From: a bacterium UBP8_UBA817
GTDB lineage: Bacteria > Margulisbacteria > Marinamargulisbacteria > CAMDBA01
NCBI GenBank assembly: GCA_945888995.1
Contig: CAMDBA010000001.1
Coordinates: forward strand, 92,603 to 156,602
Reading direction: 5' to 3'
Length of the DNA stretch: 64,000 bases
In this document: one piece after another, positions 28,146 to 39,065 of the stretch
Layout: the number at the start of each line of letters is the position of its first letter
Position numbering within the stretch: position 1 is the stretch's first letter
Made by a program: the position numbers and the translations under genes
The notes under the pieces: model-generated
Database searches by the model: none
Told to the model about the DNA's origin: nothing
Seen by the model: the letters and a program-made list of their open reading frames with translations, nothing else

Positions 28146-29878
28146 TGGCTAATTGATTCCTTTATTTTGGTGGCTTGTTGCTTACTGACCCAGGCAGACC
28201 CGTCTTTTGCGGGAATTCCCAATGCTTTAGCCTTTTCCACCATTTGTTTAACAGTAAGATTCAATCGCTTTGCTAAGACTGAAAGCTTGATCTCATCTTC
28301 TTCCATCACTTCTTCACCCAGGTACACTTCCTGAGCACTTAAGACGTCTTTTTGAGCCCGTTCCGCCTGAACCTGACCCAGATTCTCCGGTTTCGGCGCA
28401 GCCGCTTTCGGCTTTGGTTGAGGAGCCGGCGCTTTTCTTGCAGGGACCGGTTTCGGCTGAGCTCTAGGAAGCTTCGGAGCCGCCATTGCAAAATCATCGA
28501 TCGCAGGCGCTTGAACTGCTGCAGGAGCTGCGACCGGAGGTGCAACTTTTTCTACTTTTTCAGGCGCTTCAACCGATTTTTTTACGATTACAGGCTCAAC
28601 AACAGCCTTAAGCACAGGTTCAATGTCAGGCGCTTCAACCGGCAATTCCATCTTAGGTTCTTCAATCTGCGTTACTTCAGGCTCGATCGCCTCGATCACT
28701 TCGGGCTCAGGCGTCGGTTCTTCAATCGGCATGGCCTTTAGACGGGCAGCTTCTTCCTGCTTTAACTTTTCTTTATCCAGTTTGATTTTCTCAACAATCG
28801 ACAACTGAAGTTTTTCCCTGATTTCAGGGGCACGTTTGGCGAATTCTTCTTCGCTCAGAATATCGAGCTTCCATCCGGTCAACCGGACAGCCAGGCGAAC
28901 ATTAATCCCGAATTTACCTATGGCCAATGACAACTGATCTTTTGGCACCGATACTAACGCGGTTCGCTCTCTCTCGTCGGTGATAATGACTTCAGAGATT
29001 TTTGCCGGTTTAAGAGAATTTGAAATGTAGGTTCTGGGATTTTCGTGATATTCGAGAATATCGATTTTTTCGTTTCCGAGTTCTTTGATAATCGATTGAA
29101 TACGGCCACCCATAGGTCCGACGCATGTTCCGACCGCGCCGATGCTAGGGTTATTGGTTTTTACTGCGATTTTCGAGCGCTTTCCGGCTTCACGGGCTAC
29201 GCCGACAATTTCGACGATTCCATCTTGAATTTCAGGAATTTCAACTTCGAATAACTTCTTCAAGAGTCCAGGATGTGATCTCGACACGTGAATAAACGGC
29301 CCACGAGGGGTTTTATTTACTGCGACCAAATACAGTCGGATCTTGTCTTTAGGATGAAATATTTCATCGGGAATCTGATCGTTAGGCCCCAGGATCGTTT
29401 CTGTCCGTCCCAGATTAATCAGAAAATTTCGGTTTTCAATTCGCTGAACGGTGCCGGTGATGATCTGGTCTTCCTTGACCTTAAACTCATCATAAATCCC
29501 GTTCTTTTCCGCTTCACGAATCCGTTGGATAATGACCTGCTTCGCAGTCTGTGCGGCAATTCGTCCGAAATCCGCCGGGGTGACATCGATCACCAAATCT
29601 CCGCCGACTTTAGCGGTCGGATCTACTTTTTTGGCACCCGCTAAGTCAATTTCGATCTCGGGATCTTCGACGGACTCAACAATATGCAGCCGCTGGTAAA
29701 TGGATGCTTCGCCGGTTTCTTGATTGATAACGGCTTCCAGCAAGGTTTCTTCCGTGAATTTTCTGCGGCAGGCAGAAACCAATGCCTGTTCGATTGCCGA
29801 GGTTAGAACTTCTTTAGAAACGCCTCGTTCAGACTCAATTTGAGCCGCAACTTGTAAAAAATTGTCGATCACTATCAT
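28142..29878 (-). CDS. nusA: Transcription factor NusA with long C-terminal extension
   Basis: FGRIAAQTAKQVI, S1 and KH domains, SLAIGKFGINVRLA; about 230-aa P/E/A/K-rich tail. Confidence 0.93.
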   Translation of the reverse strand: MIVIDNFLQVAAQIESERGVSKEVLTSAIEQALVSACRRKFTEETLLEAVINQETGEASIYQRLHIVESVEDPEIEIDLAGAKKVDPTAKVGGDLVIDVTPADFGRIAAQTAKQVIIQRIREAEKNGIYDEFKVKEDQIITGTVQRIENRNFLINLGRTETILGPNDQIPDEIFHPKDKIRLYLVAVNKTPRGPFIHVSRSHPGLLKKLFEVEIPEIQDGIVEIVGVAREAGKRSKIAVKTNNPSIGAVGTCVGPMGGRIQSIIKELGNEKIDILEYHENPRTYISNSLKPAKISEVIITDERERTALVSVPKDQLSLAIGKFGINVRLAVRLTGWKLDILSEEEFAKRAPEIREKLQLSIVEKIKLDKEKLKQEEAARLKAMPIEEPTPEPEVIEAIEPEVTQIEEPKMELPVEAPDIEPVLKAVVEPVIVKKSVEAPEKVEKVAPPVAAPAAVQAPAIDDFAMAAPKLPRAQPKPVPARKAPAPQPKPKAAAPKPENLGQVQAERAQKDVLSAQEVYLGEEVMEEDEIKLSVLAKRLNLTVKQMVEKAKALGIPAKDGSAWVSKQQATKIKESISQ

Positions 29879-29913
29879 AGATCTTTTTTCCTTAAAATAG
29901 TGTGATAGAAATT

Positions 29914-29935
29914 AAAAAAGTGGGTCTCCCCACTT
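29914..29935 (-). terminator. Hairpin plus U-tract in the nusA leader (attenuator/terminator-like)
   Basis: Minus strand AAGTGGG-GAGA-CCCACTT followed by a T run, about 40 nt upstream of the nusA ATG. Confidence 0.65.
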
Positions 29936-30004
29936 GTTTAAAAGCTTTGAGTGATAAGCTTAAACCCCTGCTAAGCCATCAGGATCTTAGCATAAATTCA
30001 AGCT

Positions 30005-32278
30005 CTACGACAAGACGCTTCGGCCTTTCTTTTCCCCATCATACTGAGAAATTATCCCCTTTTTCTCCAGTTCGTCCATTAAACGCGCAGCCCGGTTATA
30101 TCCAATTCTGAGCTTTCTCTGCAAATAGGATGTCGAGGCATATTGGGTGTTTTTTACAATTTCTTTGGCTTCGTTAAACAATTCGTCGACTTGCTCTTCG
30201 TTCGAATCACCGGACGATTCAAGCGGTTCGATATCGATAATCTCGTTCAGATAGGCCGGTTCACCCTGAATTTTCAAGAAATCTACGACGTTTTTCACTT
30301 CTTTTTCACTTAGATATACACCCTGGACGCGGGCCGGTTTCGGCGCACCGACCGGAGAATAGAGCATATCCCCTTTTCCAAGGAGCTTTTCTGCGCCAGG
30401 CATATCGAGAATCGTTCGTGAGTCTATTTGGGATTGCAAGAAAAATGAGACCCGGGACGGCACGTTTGCTTTAATCAATCCCGTCACGACATCCACACTA
30501 GGACGCTGCGTTGCAATCACCAGATGAATGCCTGTTGCGCGGGACATCTGAGCCAGACGGCAGATAGTGTTTTCCACTTCCTGAGACGCCACCATCATCA
30601 AGTCGGCCAACTCATCGATAATGACAACGATGTACGGCAGCCGTTGCGGCACAAAAAATGTTTCAACAGGCTGTCCATCCGGATTGACGAATTGGTCCAG
30701 CTTCGCCTTTGCCAGCTCATGACTGGAGAGATTAAGGGACGCAATTTCTTCGATCCGGGAGTTATAGCCGTCGATATGCTTCACGCCGATCCGGGAAAAT
30801 TCTTCATATCGCCTCTCCATTTCACTAAGCGCCCATTTTTTGAGCGTTGCCGCCGCCTTGTGCGGATCGGTGACAACAGGTGCCAGGAGGTGTGGAATGC
30901 CTTCATACATACTGAGCTCGACTTTTTTAGGGTCGATCATCAGGAACTTCACTTCTTCCGGCGTCGCTCGTAATAAAATCGACAGAATAATGGCATTAAT
31001 ACAGACACTTTTTCCGGATCCCGTCGCACCGGCAATAAGAACGTGCGGCATTTTTGCTAGATCCATCAGGATCGGCTCTCCGGTAATCGTTAATCCGATG
31101 GCGGCGACGACTTTGGATTTCCGCTCAAAAAAGTCGGTCTTTTCGATAATCCTGCGCATATTAACCGTCTCGACATTTACATTTGGCACCTCGATTCCGA
31201 TCAGGGCTTTGCCGGGAATAGGCGCTTCGATACGGACATCGGTGACGGCGAGTTTGAGGGCGATATCTTTGGATAAAGCGGTGATTTTGCTAATTTTGAC
31301 GCCGTCTCCGGGCTGAAGTTCATACCGGGTAACGGATGGGCCTGGCGTGATATTGACCACTTTGGCGTCCACCTGGAAACTCATCAAGGCTTCTTCCAAA
31401 ATTTTTGCGCGTTCCTGTTGCTGAATTTTTTGCTTGGCTTTGCTGCCGGCATTTTCGTATTTTTCCAACAAGTCGATCGGCGGGAATTCGTAATTATGGT
31501 AAGTCAATGACGCCGGCGGCGTATACACCGGCCGGGCTGTAGGGACTTCAGGTTCAGATTCTTCTTCCTCATCATCGAGGTCGTCAAATTCCGGAAGCTT
31601 AAACGGCCGGTCAGTCGGAGCAGAGGGTTCGTCGTCTTTTGGGGACGGTTCCGGCTTTTCTTTTTTTCCGAACAATTTGAAGCTTTTCTTCAACGAACGA
31701 CTCACCTGAACGTCAGATACAGGTTCAAACGCATACTGATTCGCAGGCTGATCGGACCACCAGCGTTGCCAGAGTTTTTTGATTGAAAAATTAAAGATGA
31801 GAATTCCGGATAATACCCACGTCACGCCCAGTAAAATCGCCACTCCCCAAATCCCGATGATTTTATACAAGGCGAATAACAGGAACGACCCGACTACGCC
31901 ACCGCCGTTTTGGGCATATGTAAAATCGATTATCGGGGAAGTTCCCACACCGTAGAGTTCCAACGCCACCAAGCATGCCAGAAAACATGCCAAGCAAGCC
32001 CGCTTAACAATGATGCTTTTACGCTCTAAAAACGGGACAAATCCAATGAGGCCGACCCACAACAGAAAAAACGGCAGCCAGTAGATCCCGGAGCCGATGA
32101 TTTTTTTTGCTGCAGTCTGAACCAGAAATTGACCCACAAATCCCGTCAATTGCGGAAATGCCGCCGACACGCCTAAAAATAAGGCGAGACATAATAGGAC
32201 AATCGATTTAATTTCAGCTTTTATTGACGGTTCCGGCCGGGGCGCGGATTTACGTTTTATTGAAGGAGATTTTGCCAT
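30005..32278 (-). CDS. ftsK: DNA translocase FtsK/SpoIIIE
   Basis: 4TM N-terminus, AGATGSGKS, IIDELADLMM, ATQRPS, gamma domain LRIGYNRAARL. Confidence 0.96.
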   Translation of the reverse strand: MAKSPSIKRKSAPRPEPSIKAEIKSIVLLCLALFLGVSAAFPQLTGFVGQFLVQTAAKKIIGSGIYWLPFFLLWVGLIGFVPFLERKSIIVKRACLACFLACLVALELYGVGTSPIIDFTYAQNGGGVVGSFLLFALYKIIGIWGVAILLGVTWVLSGILIFNFSIKKLWQRWWSDQPANQYAFEPVSDVQVSRSLKKSFKLFGKKEKPEPSPKDDEPSAPTDRPFKLPEFDDLDDEEEESEPEVPTARPVYTPPASLTYHNYEFPPIDLLEKYENAGSKAKQKIQQQERAKILEEALMSFQVDAKVVNITPGPSVTRYELQPGDGVKISKITALSKDIALKLAVTDVRIEAPIPGKALIGIEVPNVNVETVNMRRIIEKTDFFERKSKVVAAIGLTITGEPILMDLAKMPHVLIAGATGSGKSVCINAIILSILLRATPEEVKFLMIDPKKVELSMYEGIPHLLAPVVTDPHKAAATLKKWALSEMERRYEEFSRIGVKHIDGYNSRIEEIASLNLSSHELAKAKLDQFVNPDGQPVETFFVPQRLPYIVVIIDELADLMMVASQEVENTICRLAQMSRATGIHLVIATQRPSVDVVTGLIKANVPSRVSFFLQSQIDSRTILDMPGAEKLLGKGDMLYSPVGAPKPARVQGVYLSEKEVKNVVDFLKIQGEPAYLNEIIDIEPLESSGDSNEEQVDELFNEAKEIVKNTQYASTSYLQRKLRIGYNRAARLMDELEKKGIISQYDGEKKGRSVLS

Positions 32279-32345
32279 GACGCTTGATAAGCCTGCCCCT
32301 CTCTAAGGCTAAAGAGGGTTACCCAAAAGGGGTATAGTGAAGTCC

Positions 32346-32708
32346 TTATTGCATACTTGCTTTGGCTTGTTCGACATCTTCGAACAGACCGATGTTACGC
32401 TTAATCATACTGACCATGCCAGACGCATCCAAAAGTTTCACGACCTGTGGTTTCGTACAGACGATATTTAAAGCACCGTTGGAACGGGCAACTTTTTTAG
32501 CAGCAATGGCGATGGTGCCTAATCCCACACTATCGACATAGGTGGTATCTTCTAAATTCACGATGAGTTTGAAGACCTGCTGATTGTCGATCACATCGGT
32601 AAAAGTGTCGTTCAGCTTCGGCGCATTGTAATCATCGAGCTCGCCCGATACGGTTAAAATTATCATATCCCCATCGCGGGTCAATTTAATATCTAGTTCT
32701 AAAGTCAT
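32346..32708 (-). CDS. STAS-domain anti-sigma factor antagonist
   Basis: SGELDDYNAPKL, YVDSVGLG; GGAGG RBS; paralog of the 1-276 gene. Confidence 0.88.
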   Translation of the reverse strand: MTLELDIKLTRDGDMIILTVSGELDDYNAPKLNDTFTDVIDNQQVFKLIVNLEDTTYVDSVGLGTIAIAAKKVARSNGALNIVCTKPQVVKLLDASGMVSMIKRNIGLFEDVEQAKASMQ

Positions 32709-32776
32709 ATCGGTCCTCCTTAATGGGTCTATAGTCTAGCATTATACAAAACAGGGGTGCATGAAGCCAGCATCTG

Positions 32777-34156
32777 TTACGCGGGCTGAATCCGGCTCCA
32801 ACGGGTTCCTTCTTTACTGTCTTCCAATTGAATCCCCATCCCCAATAATTGAGCACGGATTTCGTCGGATCTTTTGAAATCTTTTTCGGTGCGGGATTTA
32901 TTTCTTTCATCAATAAGCTGAGTGATCTCATCCGATATCTCATCAACCGGAGAAGATGAAGATAAGTCCGAGAAAAACAACCCTAAGATCGCACCTAGTT
33001 TTCCCAGCAATGCGGAGCCACGCTTTTCTCTGTGAATAAATTTATTCAATTCGAATAAAATACCGACCGCCCCTGCAAAGTTAAAATCATCGTTCATCGC
33101 ATCCAGAAACCGGGCATTAAATCCCGACAGGTGCGCATCCGACGCGATATCCACGGCAGGATCTGCGTGGACCGGAAATGTCGCCAAGGTTTTATGAAGC
33201 CTGGTCAGAGAAGAGAAGGATTCATCGAGACCGTCTTTTGAGAAATTAAACGGGGTCCGGTAATGCGATCTAAGCAGATAAAATCGCAATACTTCGCCCG
33301 CATACTCGCCTAAAATTTCCCGAATGGAATAGGTATTCTTTTTGGACTTGGACATTTTTTCGTCGTTAATGGTGACGAATCCGTTATGCACCCAATATTT
33401 GGCGAACGGCTGGCCGGTATGCGCTTCGGACTGGGCGATCTCATTTTCGTGGTGAGGGAAGATCAAATCTTCGCCGCCGCCATGGATGTCGATAGTCGGG
33501 CCTAATTCGTGAATAGCCATAGCCGAACATTCGATATGCCAGCCAGGCCGGCCGGCACCCCAAGGGCTTTCCCAGGCAGGTTCTCCGGGTTTTGACGGCT
33601 TCCATAGAACAAAGTCCGCAGGATTCCGTTTTTGATCCGACACGTCGACCCGCGCACCTGCAACGAGGTCATCGAGAATTTTTTTGGACAATTTTCCGTA
33701 TGGAGGAAAGGCTTCCACCGAATAACAGACGTCGCCGCTCGGGGTGATATATGCAGCATTTTTGTCTAATAAAGACTGAATAATTTCAAAAATCTCGGCC
33801 ATATGGCCGGTTGCGCGAGGGTATGAATCCGCCCGTTGGATATTGAGCTGATCCATATCGTCAAAATACGCCTGGATCATGGTCTCGGTCAGCTCCGTCA
33901 CTGACATATCTTTTAGTGCGGCGCGCTGGATAATCTTGTCATCAATATCAGTAAAATTCTGAACATAGCGAACCTGGTAGTTTCGGGCCGTCAGATATCG
34001 ACGGATAGTATCAAATACCACGTAGGCTCTGGCATGTCCGATATGGCAATAATCATACACCGTGACACCACAAACATAAAAAGACACCTGGCCTTCTCGA
34101 AGCGGAATAAACGGCTCTTTTTGACCGGAGAGAGTATTAAATACGCGGATTGCCAT
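32777..34156 (-). CDS. cysS: Cysteine--tRNA ligase
   Basis: [25 protein letters not shown]. Confidence 0.97.
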   Translation of the reverse strand: MAIRVFNTLSGQKEPFIPLREGQVSFYVCGVTVYDYCHIGHARAYVVFDTIRRYLTARNYQVRYVQNFTDIDDKIIQRAALKDMSVTELTETMIQAYFDDMDQLNIQRADSYPRATGHMAEIFEIIQSLLDKNAAYITPSGDVCYSVEAFPPYGKLSKKILDDLVAGARVDVSDQKRNPADFVLWKPSKPGEPAWESPWGAGRPGWHIECSAMAIHELGPTIDIHGGGEDLIFPHHENEIAQSEAHTGQPFAKYWVHNGFVTINDEKMSKSKKNTYSIREILGEYAGEVLRFYLLRSHYRTPFNFSKDGLDESFSSLTRLHKTLATFPVHADPAVDIASDAHLSGFNARFLDAMNDDFNFAGAVGILFELNKFIHREKRGSALLGKLGAILGLFFSDLSSSSPVDEISDEITQLIDERNKSRTEKDFKRSDEIRAQLLGMGIQLEDSKEGTRWSRIQPA

Positions 34157-34962
34157 TAGTATGTGTGCTCCTCATCAGGATATCGTCCGTTGATAACATC
34201 TTGTTTAAATTCAGAAATCGCTTTTTTGGTCTCGTCATATAGCGACGCATAACGTTTTACAAATTTAGGGGACACGCCGGTCTGATACCCCAGCAAATCA
34301 TGCGTCACCAAAACCTGCCCATCGCAATCGGGACCTGCCCCGATACCAATGGTCGGAATGGCTAATTGCGACGAAATAAATGCCGCTAGCTCACGTGGAA
34401 CCATTTCCAACACAATTGAAAATACGCCAAGTTTTTCTAATTCTTTGGCCAATAGCAACATGCCTTCGGCTTCGTCTGATTTTTTACCGCGAATCTTGTA
34501 CCCGCCGATCCGATAGACGGACTGTGGAGTAAATCCGATATGGCCCATGACCGGAATCCCGGCTTCGATGACGGCCTGAATAAACGGCAAACTATGGGCA
34601 TCAAACGATTCCATTTTCACAGCCTTAGCGCCACCGGTCTGAATCAAGCGACCGGCATTCTCGACCGCGGTCTGTGCCGATGTGTGATAGCTCATAAACG
34701 GCATATCTGCGACCAGAAGCGCCTTCGGGTTTGACCGAGCAACCGCCTGGGTATGATGCAGCATATGGTCCATCGTCACACTCACGGTGTTTTCAAATCC
34801 CAAGACCACATTTCCAACCGAATCACCCACCAGAATTACGTCAACGCCGACTTCATCCAGAATCGCTGCCATCGATGCATCGTAGGCCGTTAGCACCACG
34901 ATCTTTTCTTTCGCCGCTTTCTTTTGAATCAAGCTAACCGGTGTAACAGGATATTTTTTCAT
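34156..34962 (-). CDS. panB: 3-methyl-2-oxobutanoate hydroxymethyltransferase
   Basis: LTAYD, LVGDS, ADMPF, GHIGFTPQ, GIGAG..DGQVLV. Confidence 0.96.
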   Translation of the reverse strand: MKKYPVTPVSLIQKKAAKEKIVVLTAYDASMAAILDEVGVDVILVGDSVGNVVLGFENTVSVTMDHMLHHTQAVARSNPKALLVADMPFMSYHTSAQTAVENAGRLIQTGGAKAVKMESFDAHSLPFIQAVIEAGIPVMGHIGFTPQSVYRIGGYKIRGKKSDEAEGMLLLAKELEKLGVFSIVLEMVPRELAAFISSQLAIPTIGIGAGPDCDGQVLVTHDLLGYQTGVSPKFVKRYASLYDETKKAISEFKQDVINGRYPDEEHTY

Positions 34963-35003
34963 AGGTTGGCTAGAATACCTAACTTTAAAAGGGTTGCCAA
35001 TCG

Positions 35004-35822
35004 TTACGATGACGGGCCAGATAGATCCAGGTTCAGAAACGAAGACTTGGGAGACTCGCTATAAAGATCAAAGAGGCGGGTTTCCAGCGCTTCTTTATTG
35101 AGGAAGCGTGTGAGATTGCCGTTTTCAGCCAGAGAAATGGTGCCGGTTTCTTCCGAAATGACGATGACAATCGCATCCGAAATTTCGGTTAATCCGATCG
35201 CCGCTCTGTGCCGGGTCCCTAAACGCCGGTCCACAATCTTGCTATCAGAAAGTGGCAAAAGGCAACCTGCCGCCAGGATTTTATTTTCACGTATAATTAA
35301 TGCACCGTCGTGAGTGGGCGTATTGGGCCAGAAGAGATTGATAATTAATTCAGACGAAATTTGTGCATCCACGACGACACCTGAGAGGGTGTATTCGCTC
35401 AAATCATTTCGCATTTCAATGCTGATCAGCGCGCCGATTTTTTGTTTCGATAACGATTCTACGGCAACGAGTAATTTTTTAATAATGGTCGGCAGTGAGA
35501 TTTCCGAGGAATTATTACCTGTAGAAAGGCCTTTTCTGCGTCCCATTTTCTCCAGAAACCGACGGATGTCAGGCTGAAAAATAATAATAATCAAGAAAAT
35601 AATCGCGGCTGAGAATTTTTCCAGCACCCACGTCAGTGTCGTCAATACAAAAATTCGACTGATTACATACAGCGACAAAACCACCAAAAGACCTGGAATT
35701 AAACTAAACGACCGGGACCGCTTCATCCAGACCAAAAGCTGCAAGATAATTGCATACACGATCAGGAAATCCAATATGGATTTCCCAGATAATTTGGACA
35801 GGATTTCAGCGGTGATCGTCAT
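35004..35822 (-). CDS. cdaA: Diadenylate cyclase CdaA
   Basis: Three TM segments then DAC domain with HDGA and GTRHRAA. Confidence 0.93.
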   Translation of the reverse strand: MTITAEILSKLSGKSILDFLIVYAIILQLLVWMKRSRSFSLIPGLLVVLSLYVISRIFVLTTLTWVLEKFSAAIIFLIIIIFQPDIRRFLEKMGRRKGLSTGNNSSEISLPTIIKKLLVAVESLSKQKIGALISIEMRNDLSEYTLSGVVVDAQISSELIINLFWPNTPTHDGALIIRENKILAAGCLLPLSDSKIVDRRLGTRHRAAIGLTEISDAIVIVISEETGTISLAENGNLTRFLNKEALETRLFDLYSESPKSSFLNLDLSGPSS

Positions 35823-37105
35823 AGGTCGTATCGGATTACATCATCATACGTTTCCCGTCGAACCAGAACTCGCGAATGACCGCCAAATACGCCGACCATT
35901 GCCGGCCGTTGGCAGCGGTTATAATTAGACGCCATCGCATAATTATAAGCGCCTGTTCCATACACTGCGAGAACATCGCCGACACTTGGCTCAGGCAGCA
36001 GCACGCCTTCCGCCAGAACGTCACCCGATTCGCAATACTTTCCGGCAATGGTATACGGTTTGCCTTTGCCTGCTTTATTGGCCAATTCAAAGGTATATTC
36101 AGCCTGGTAGAGCATCGGTCTCGGATTATCGGCCATGCCCCCATCGACGAAGACATAGTCCTTGATTCCCGGAATCGGCTTAACGGCGCCGACTGTGTAG
36201 AGTGTCAGCCCTGCATTTCCGATAATCGAACGGCCAGGCTCCAGGATTAACTTAGGTTCTTTTAAGCCTGCTTTTTTGAGTTCTTCTTTGAGCAAGGTGG
36301 TTAATTTTTCGATAAATAAGTCGATTGCCGGTGGATCGTCCTGTTCGATATAGCGAATCCCGATACCTCCGCCGAGATTTAATTCCTCAACCTCAACGCC
36401 AACTTCGGATTTAATGTGCACCAAATGGCCAACCATAATCCTAACCAGATCCAAATATGGTTCCACATCAAAAATCTGAGAGCCGATATGCCCATGAATG
36501 CCTAGGAACTTGAGTTCAGGTGTGTCTACAATAAATGAAATAATGTCTATTAATTCCCGTTTATCAATACCAAATTTTGAATCGATGTGACCGGTTTTAA
36601 TGTAGTCATGCGTGTGGGCTTCGATTTCGGGCTTGAGACGGACGAGAAGGTTGGCGGTGCAGGCTTTTTGTTGGCAGAGTGTTTGAATGTTTTTCAACTC
36701 CTGCCCATTATCAACGACGATCCTGATCTGATGATCCAGCGCCATGGAGATCTCCTCAAGGGACTTGTTATTGCCGTGAAATAGAATTTTGTCAGGAGAG
36801 ACGTCGCTTTTAAGCGCAGTATATAACTCGCCGCCAGATACGACATCCACGCCCAAACCTTCTTCGGCGATTAAGTTTAAGATCCCTTTATTCAGACCTG
36901 CTTTACCGGCAAATACCACCTGATAATTCGGATAATGCTGAGACAGGGGTGCCGTATAGGCCCGGCAATTGTCACGCAAGGTCGCTTCATCGAGCACATA
37001 AAGCGGCGTGCCGTAGGTTTGAGCCAGTTCGGTTAAGTCTATCCCGCCGACTTCGAGCTCGCCTTCCAGGTGACGTGTCAGTGTAATCGGTTTTACGGTG
37101 CTCAT
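35819..37105 (-). CDS. lysA: Diaminopimelate decarboxylase
   Basis: YGTPLYV, SKFG, HIGSQ, EPGRS, CESGD, GAY. Confidence 0.95.
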   Translation of the reverse strand: MSTVKPITLTRHLEGELEVGGIDLTELAQTYGTPLYVLDEATLRDNCRAYTAPLSQHYPNYQVVFAGKAGLNKGILNLIAEEGLGVDVVSGGELYTALKSDVSPDKILFHGNNKSLEEISMALDHQIRIVVDNGQELKNIQTLCQQKACTANLLVRLKPEIEAHTHDYIKTGHIDSKFGIDKRELIDIISFIVDTPELKFLGIHGHIGSQIFDVEPYLDLVRIMVGHLVHIKSEVGVEVEELNLGGGIGIRYIEQDDPPAIDLFIEKLTTLLKEELKKAGLKEPKLILEPGRSIIGNAGLTLYTVGAVKPIPGIKDYVFVDGGMADNPRPMLYQAEYTFELANKAGKGKPYTIAGKYCESGDVLAEGVLLPEPSVGDVLAVYGTGAYNYAMASNYNRCQRPAMVGVFGGHSRVLVRRETYDDVIRYDL

Positions 37106-38676
37106 AGTTCCGGCTCTCCTAACAACTTATATTCGAAACTATCGACTAACGCCTTCCACGACGCTTCTATCACGTTTTCGGAGACGCCGACGGTGCCCCA
37201 GGAGCGGGTGCCGTCCGTTGATTCGATCAATACCCGGACCTTGGCGTCGGTTCCGTCTTTTGAATTTAAAACACGGACTTTATAGTCCACTAAATGAACA
37301 TTTTTAATGGCATGAAAAATCGGCTCAAGTGACCGTCTCAGGGCATGATCGAGGGAGCTAACCGGCCCGTTTCCTTCACCGACGATATGGACGAGTTTCC
37401 CGGCGATCTTCGCCTTTATCGTGGCTTCGAGGAGGCTTTTGTCATCGCCATGTTTTTCGGTAATGACCCGGTAGCTTTGAAGCTCAATTATGGGTTTAAA
37501 GTCTTCTAAAAACCGCTTCATCAACAGCTCAAACGACGCTTCGGCTTCTTCAAATTGATAACCGGCGTTTTCCATAGTTTTGATTTCTTTTAATAACAGC
37601 GGCAATTGCGATGAATCTGCGCTGACTGAGATGCCATATTCTTGCGCTTTGTATAAAAGATTACTCACGCCGGAGAGTTCGGAAACGAGAATCCGCTGGC
37701 TATTTCCGACCAATGTCGGATCAATGTGCTCATAGGTTTCGGGATGCTTGAGCACGGCGCTGACATGCACACCCGCTTTATGCGCAAACGCACTGCGACC
37801 GACATAGGGGAGAAAATCGTTGTGGCTGATATTGGCGATTTCGTCGAGGTGACGGGAAATCGGAGTCAGTTCTTTTAAATGGTCGTACGAAATACACGAC
37901 AGTCCTTTTTTAACGAGGAGATTCGGAATGATCGTACTCAAATTTGCATTGCCGCATCGCTCGCCGTATCCGTTTAAGGTGCCCTGAACGTGACGCGCAC
38001 CGCCGTCTACCGCCGCGATTGAAATGGCAGTTCCCATACCGCCGTCATTGTGGGCATGAATTCCGACCATCCGATCAAATTTCTGACAGACCGTCTGCGT
38101 CGCCGCCTGAATATCCGACGGCAAACTACCTCCGTTTGTATCGCATAAGCACAAAATGTCTGCGCCTCCTTCATAGGCTGCGCACACTGCTTTTAAAGCA
38201 TATTCCGGATTGCGTTTAAATCCGTCGAAAAAATGTTCCGAATCAAAAATGACTTCACGGCCATGGCTTTTCAAAAATGCGACCGAGTCATAAATCAGCG
38301 CCAGGTTTTCTTCCAAACTGATTTTCAAGGCATGCGTCACGTGGAAATCCCAGGTCTTTCCGAAAATAACGACGACCGGCGTCTCAGCTTTGATTAAAGC
38401 CTGTAAATTTGGATCGTTTTCCGGCGTATTTTTGGCACGCCGGGTGCTACCGAACGCGGCTATTTTGGCATGTTTTAGCGGAAGTGTTTTCACTTGATTG
38501 AAATACTCTACGGCCTTGGGATTCGAGCCGGGCCATCCGCCTTCGATATATTGAACACCGAGATTGTCTAAAAGCTGGGTGATTTTGAGCTTGTCTTTAA
38601 CCGTAAAGGAAATCCCTTCACCTTGCTCGCCATCGCGTAGGGTGGTGTCTAATATGCTTACTGCTTGTTGTGTCAT
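37102..38676 (-). CDS. cimA: Citramalate synthase
   Basis: DTTLRDGEQ, EGGWPGSNPK, HAHND, GYGERCGNA. Confidence 0.88.
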   Translation of the reverse strand: MTQQAVSILDTTLRDGEQGEGISFTVKDKLKITQLLDNLGVQYIEGGWPGSNPKAVEYFNQVKTLPLKHAKIAAFGSTRRAKNTPENDPNLQALIKAETPVVVIFGKTWDFHVTHALKISLEENLALIYDSVAFLKSHGREVIFDSEHFFDGFKRNPEYALKAVCAAYEGGADILCLCDTNGGSLPSDIQAATQTVCQKFDRMVGIHAHNDGGMGTAISIAAVDGGARHVQGTLNGYGERCGNANLSTIIPNLLVKKGLSCISYDHLKELTPISRHLDEIANISHNDFLPYVGRSAFAHKAGVHVSAVLKHPETYEHIDPTLVGNSQRILVSELSGVSNLLYKAQEYGISVSADSSQLPLLLKEIKTMENAGYQFEEAEASFELLMKRFLEDFKPIIELQSYRVITEKHGDDKSLLEATIKAKIAGKLVHIVGEGNGPVSSLDHALRRSLEPIFHAIKNVHLVDYKVRVLNSKDGTDAKVRVLIESTDGTRSWGTVGVSENVIEASWKALVDSFEYKLLGEPEL

Positions 38677-38703
38677 CGGGCATTCCTCTTCAGTGTCGAT
38701 AGA

Positions 38704-39042
38704 TTAGCGATTCTTGGCTTGAAGATCGACTAAAATAGGGTCGAGATCTTCAGCGTCAGGGTCAATCTGGGCGTAGGAAATAATAAAAATATCATCTCCG
38801 ATTTCGCCTTTGCGTGCGGCAGGGCCGTTGAGAGCAAAAATTCCGCTGCCGGCTGCCCCTTTAATCGCATACGTGGTCAGCCGTTCACCGTTATTCAGAT
38901 TTACAACATGGACTTGTTCGTTAGGGCGGATATTAGCCGCCTTCATAATATCTTCGTCAATGGTAATGCTACCGACATAAAATAAGTGTTTATGTGTCAA
39001 TTTTGCGTATGATATTTTTGATTTCAAGACTGTGATTAACAT
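38704..39042 (-). CDS. panD: Aspartate 1-decarboxylase
   Basis: LKSKI, G|SITID cleavage site, [15 protein letters not shown]. Confidence 0.93.
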   Translation of the reverse strand: MLITVLKSKISYAKLTHKHLFYVGSITIDEDIMKAANIRPNEQVHVVNLNNGERLTTYAIKGAAGSGIFALNGPAARKGEIGDDIFIISYAQIDPDAEDLDPILVDLQAKNR

Positions 39043-39065
39043 ATATTTCTCCTCAATTTTGCACC

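Noticed and set aside
28339-28808. Arg-rich and other alternative-frame ORFs over nusA
   Set aside because: Shadow frames of the low-complexity NusA linker; the same applies to most short antisense ORFs in the track
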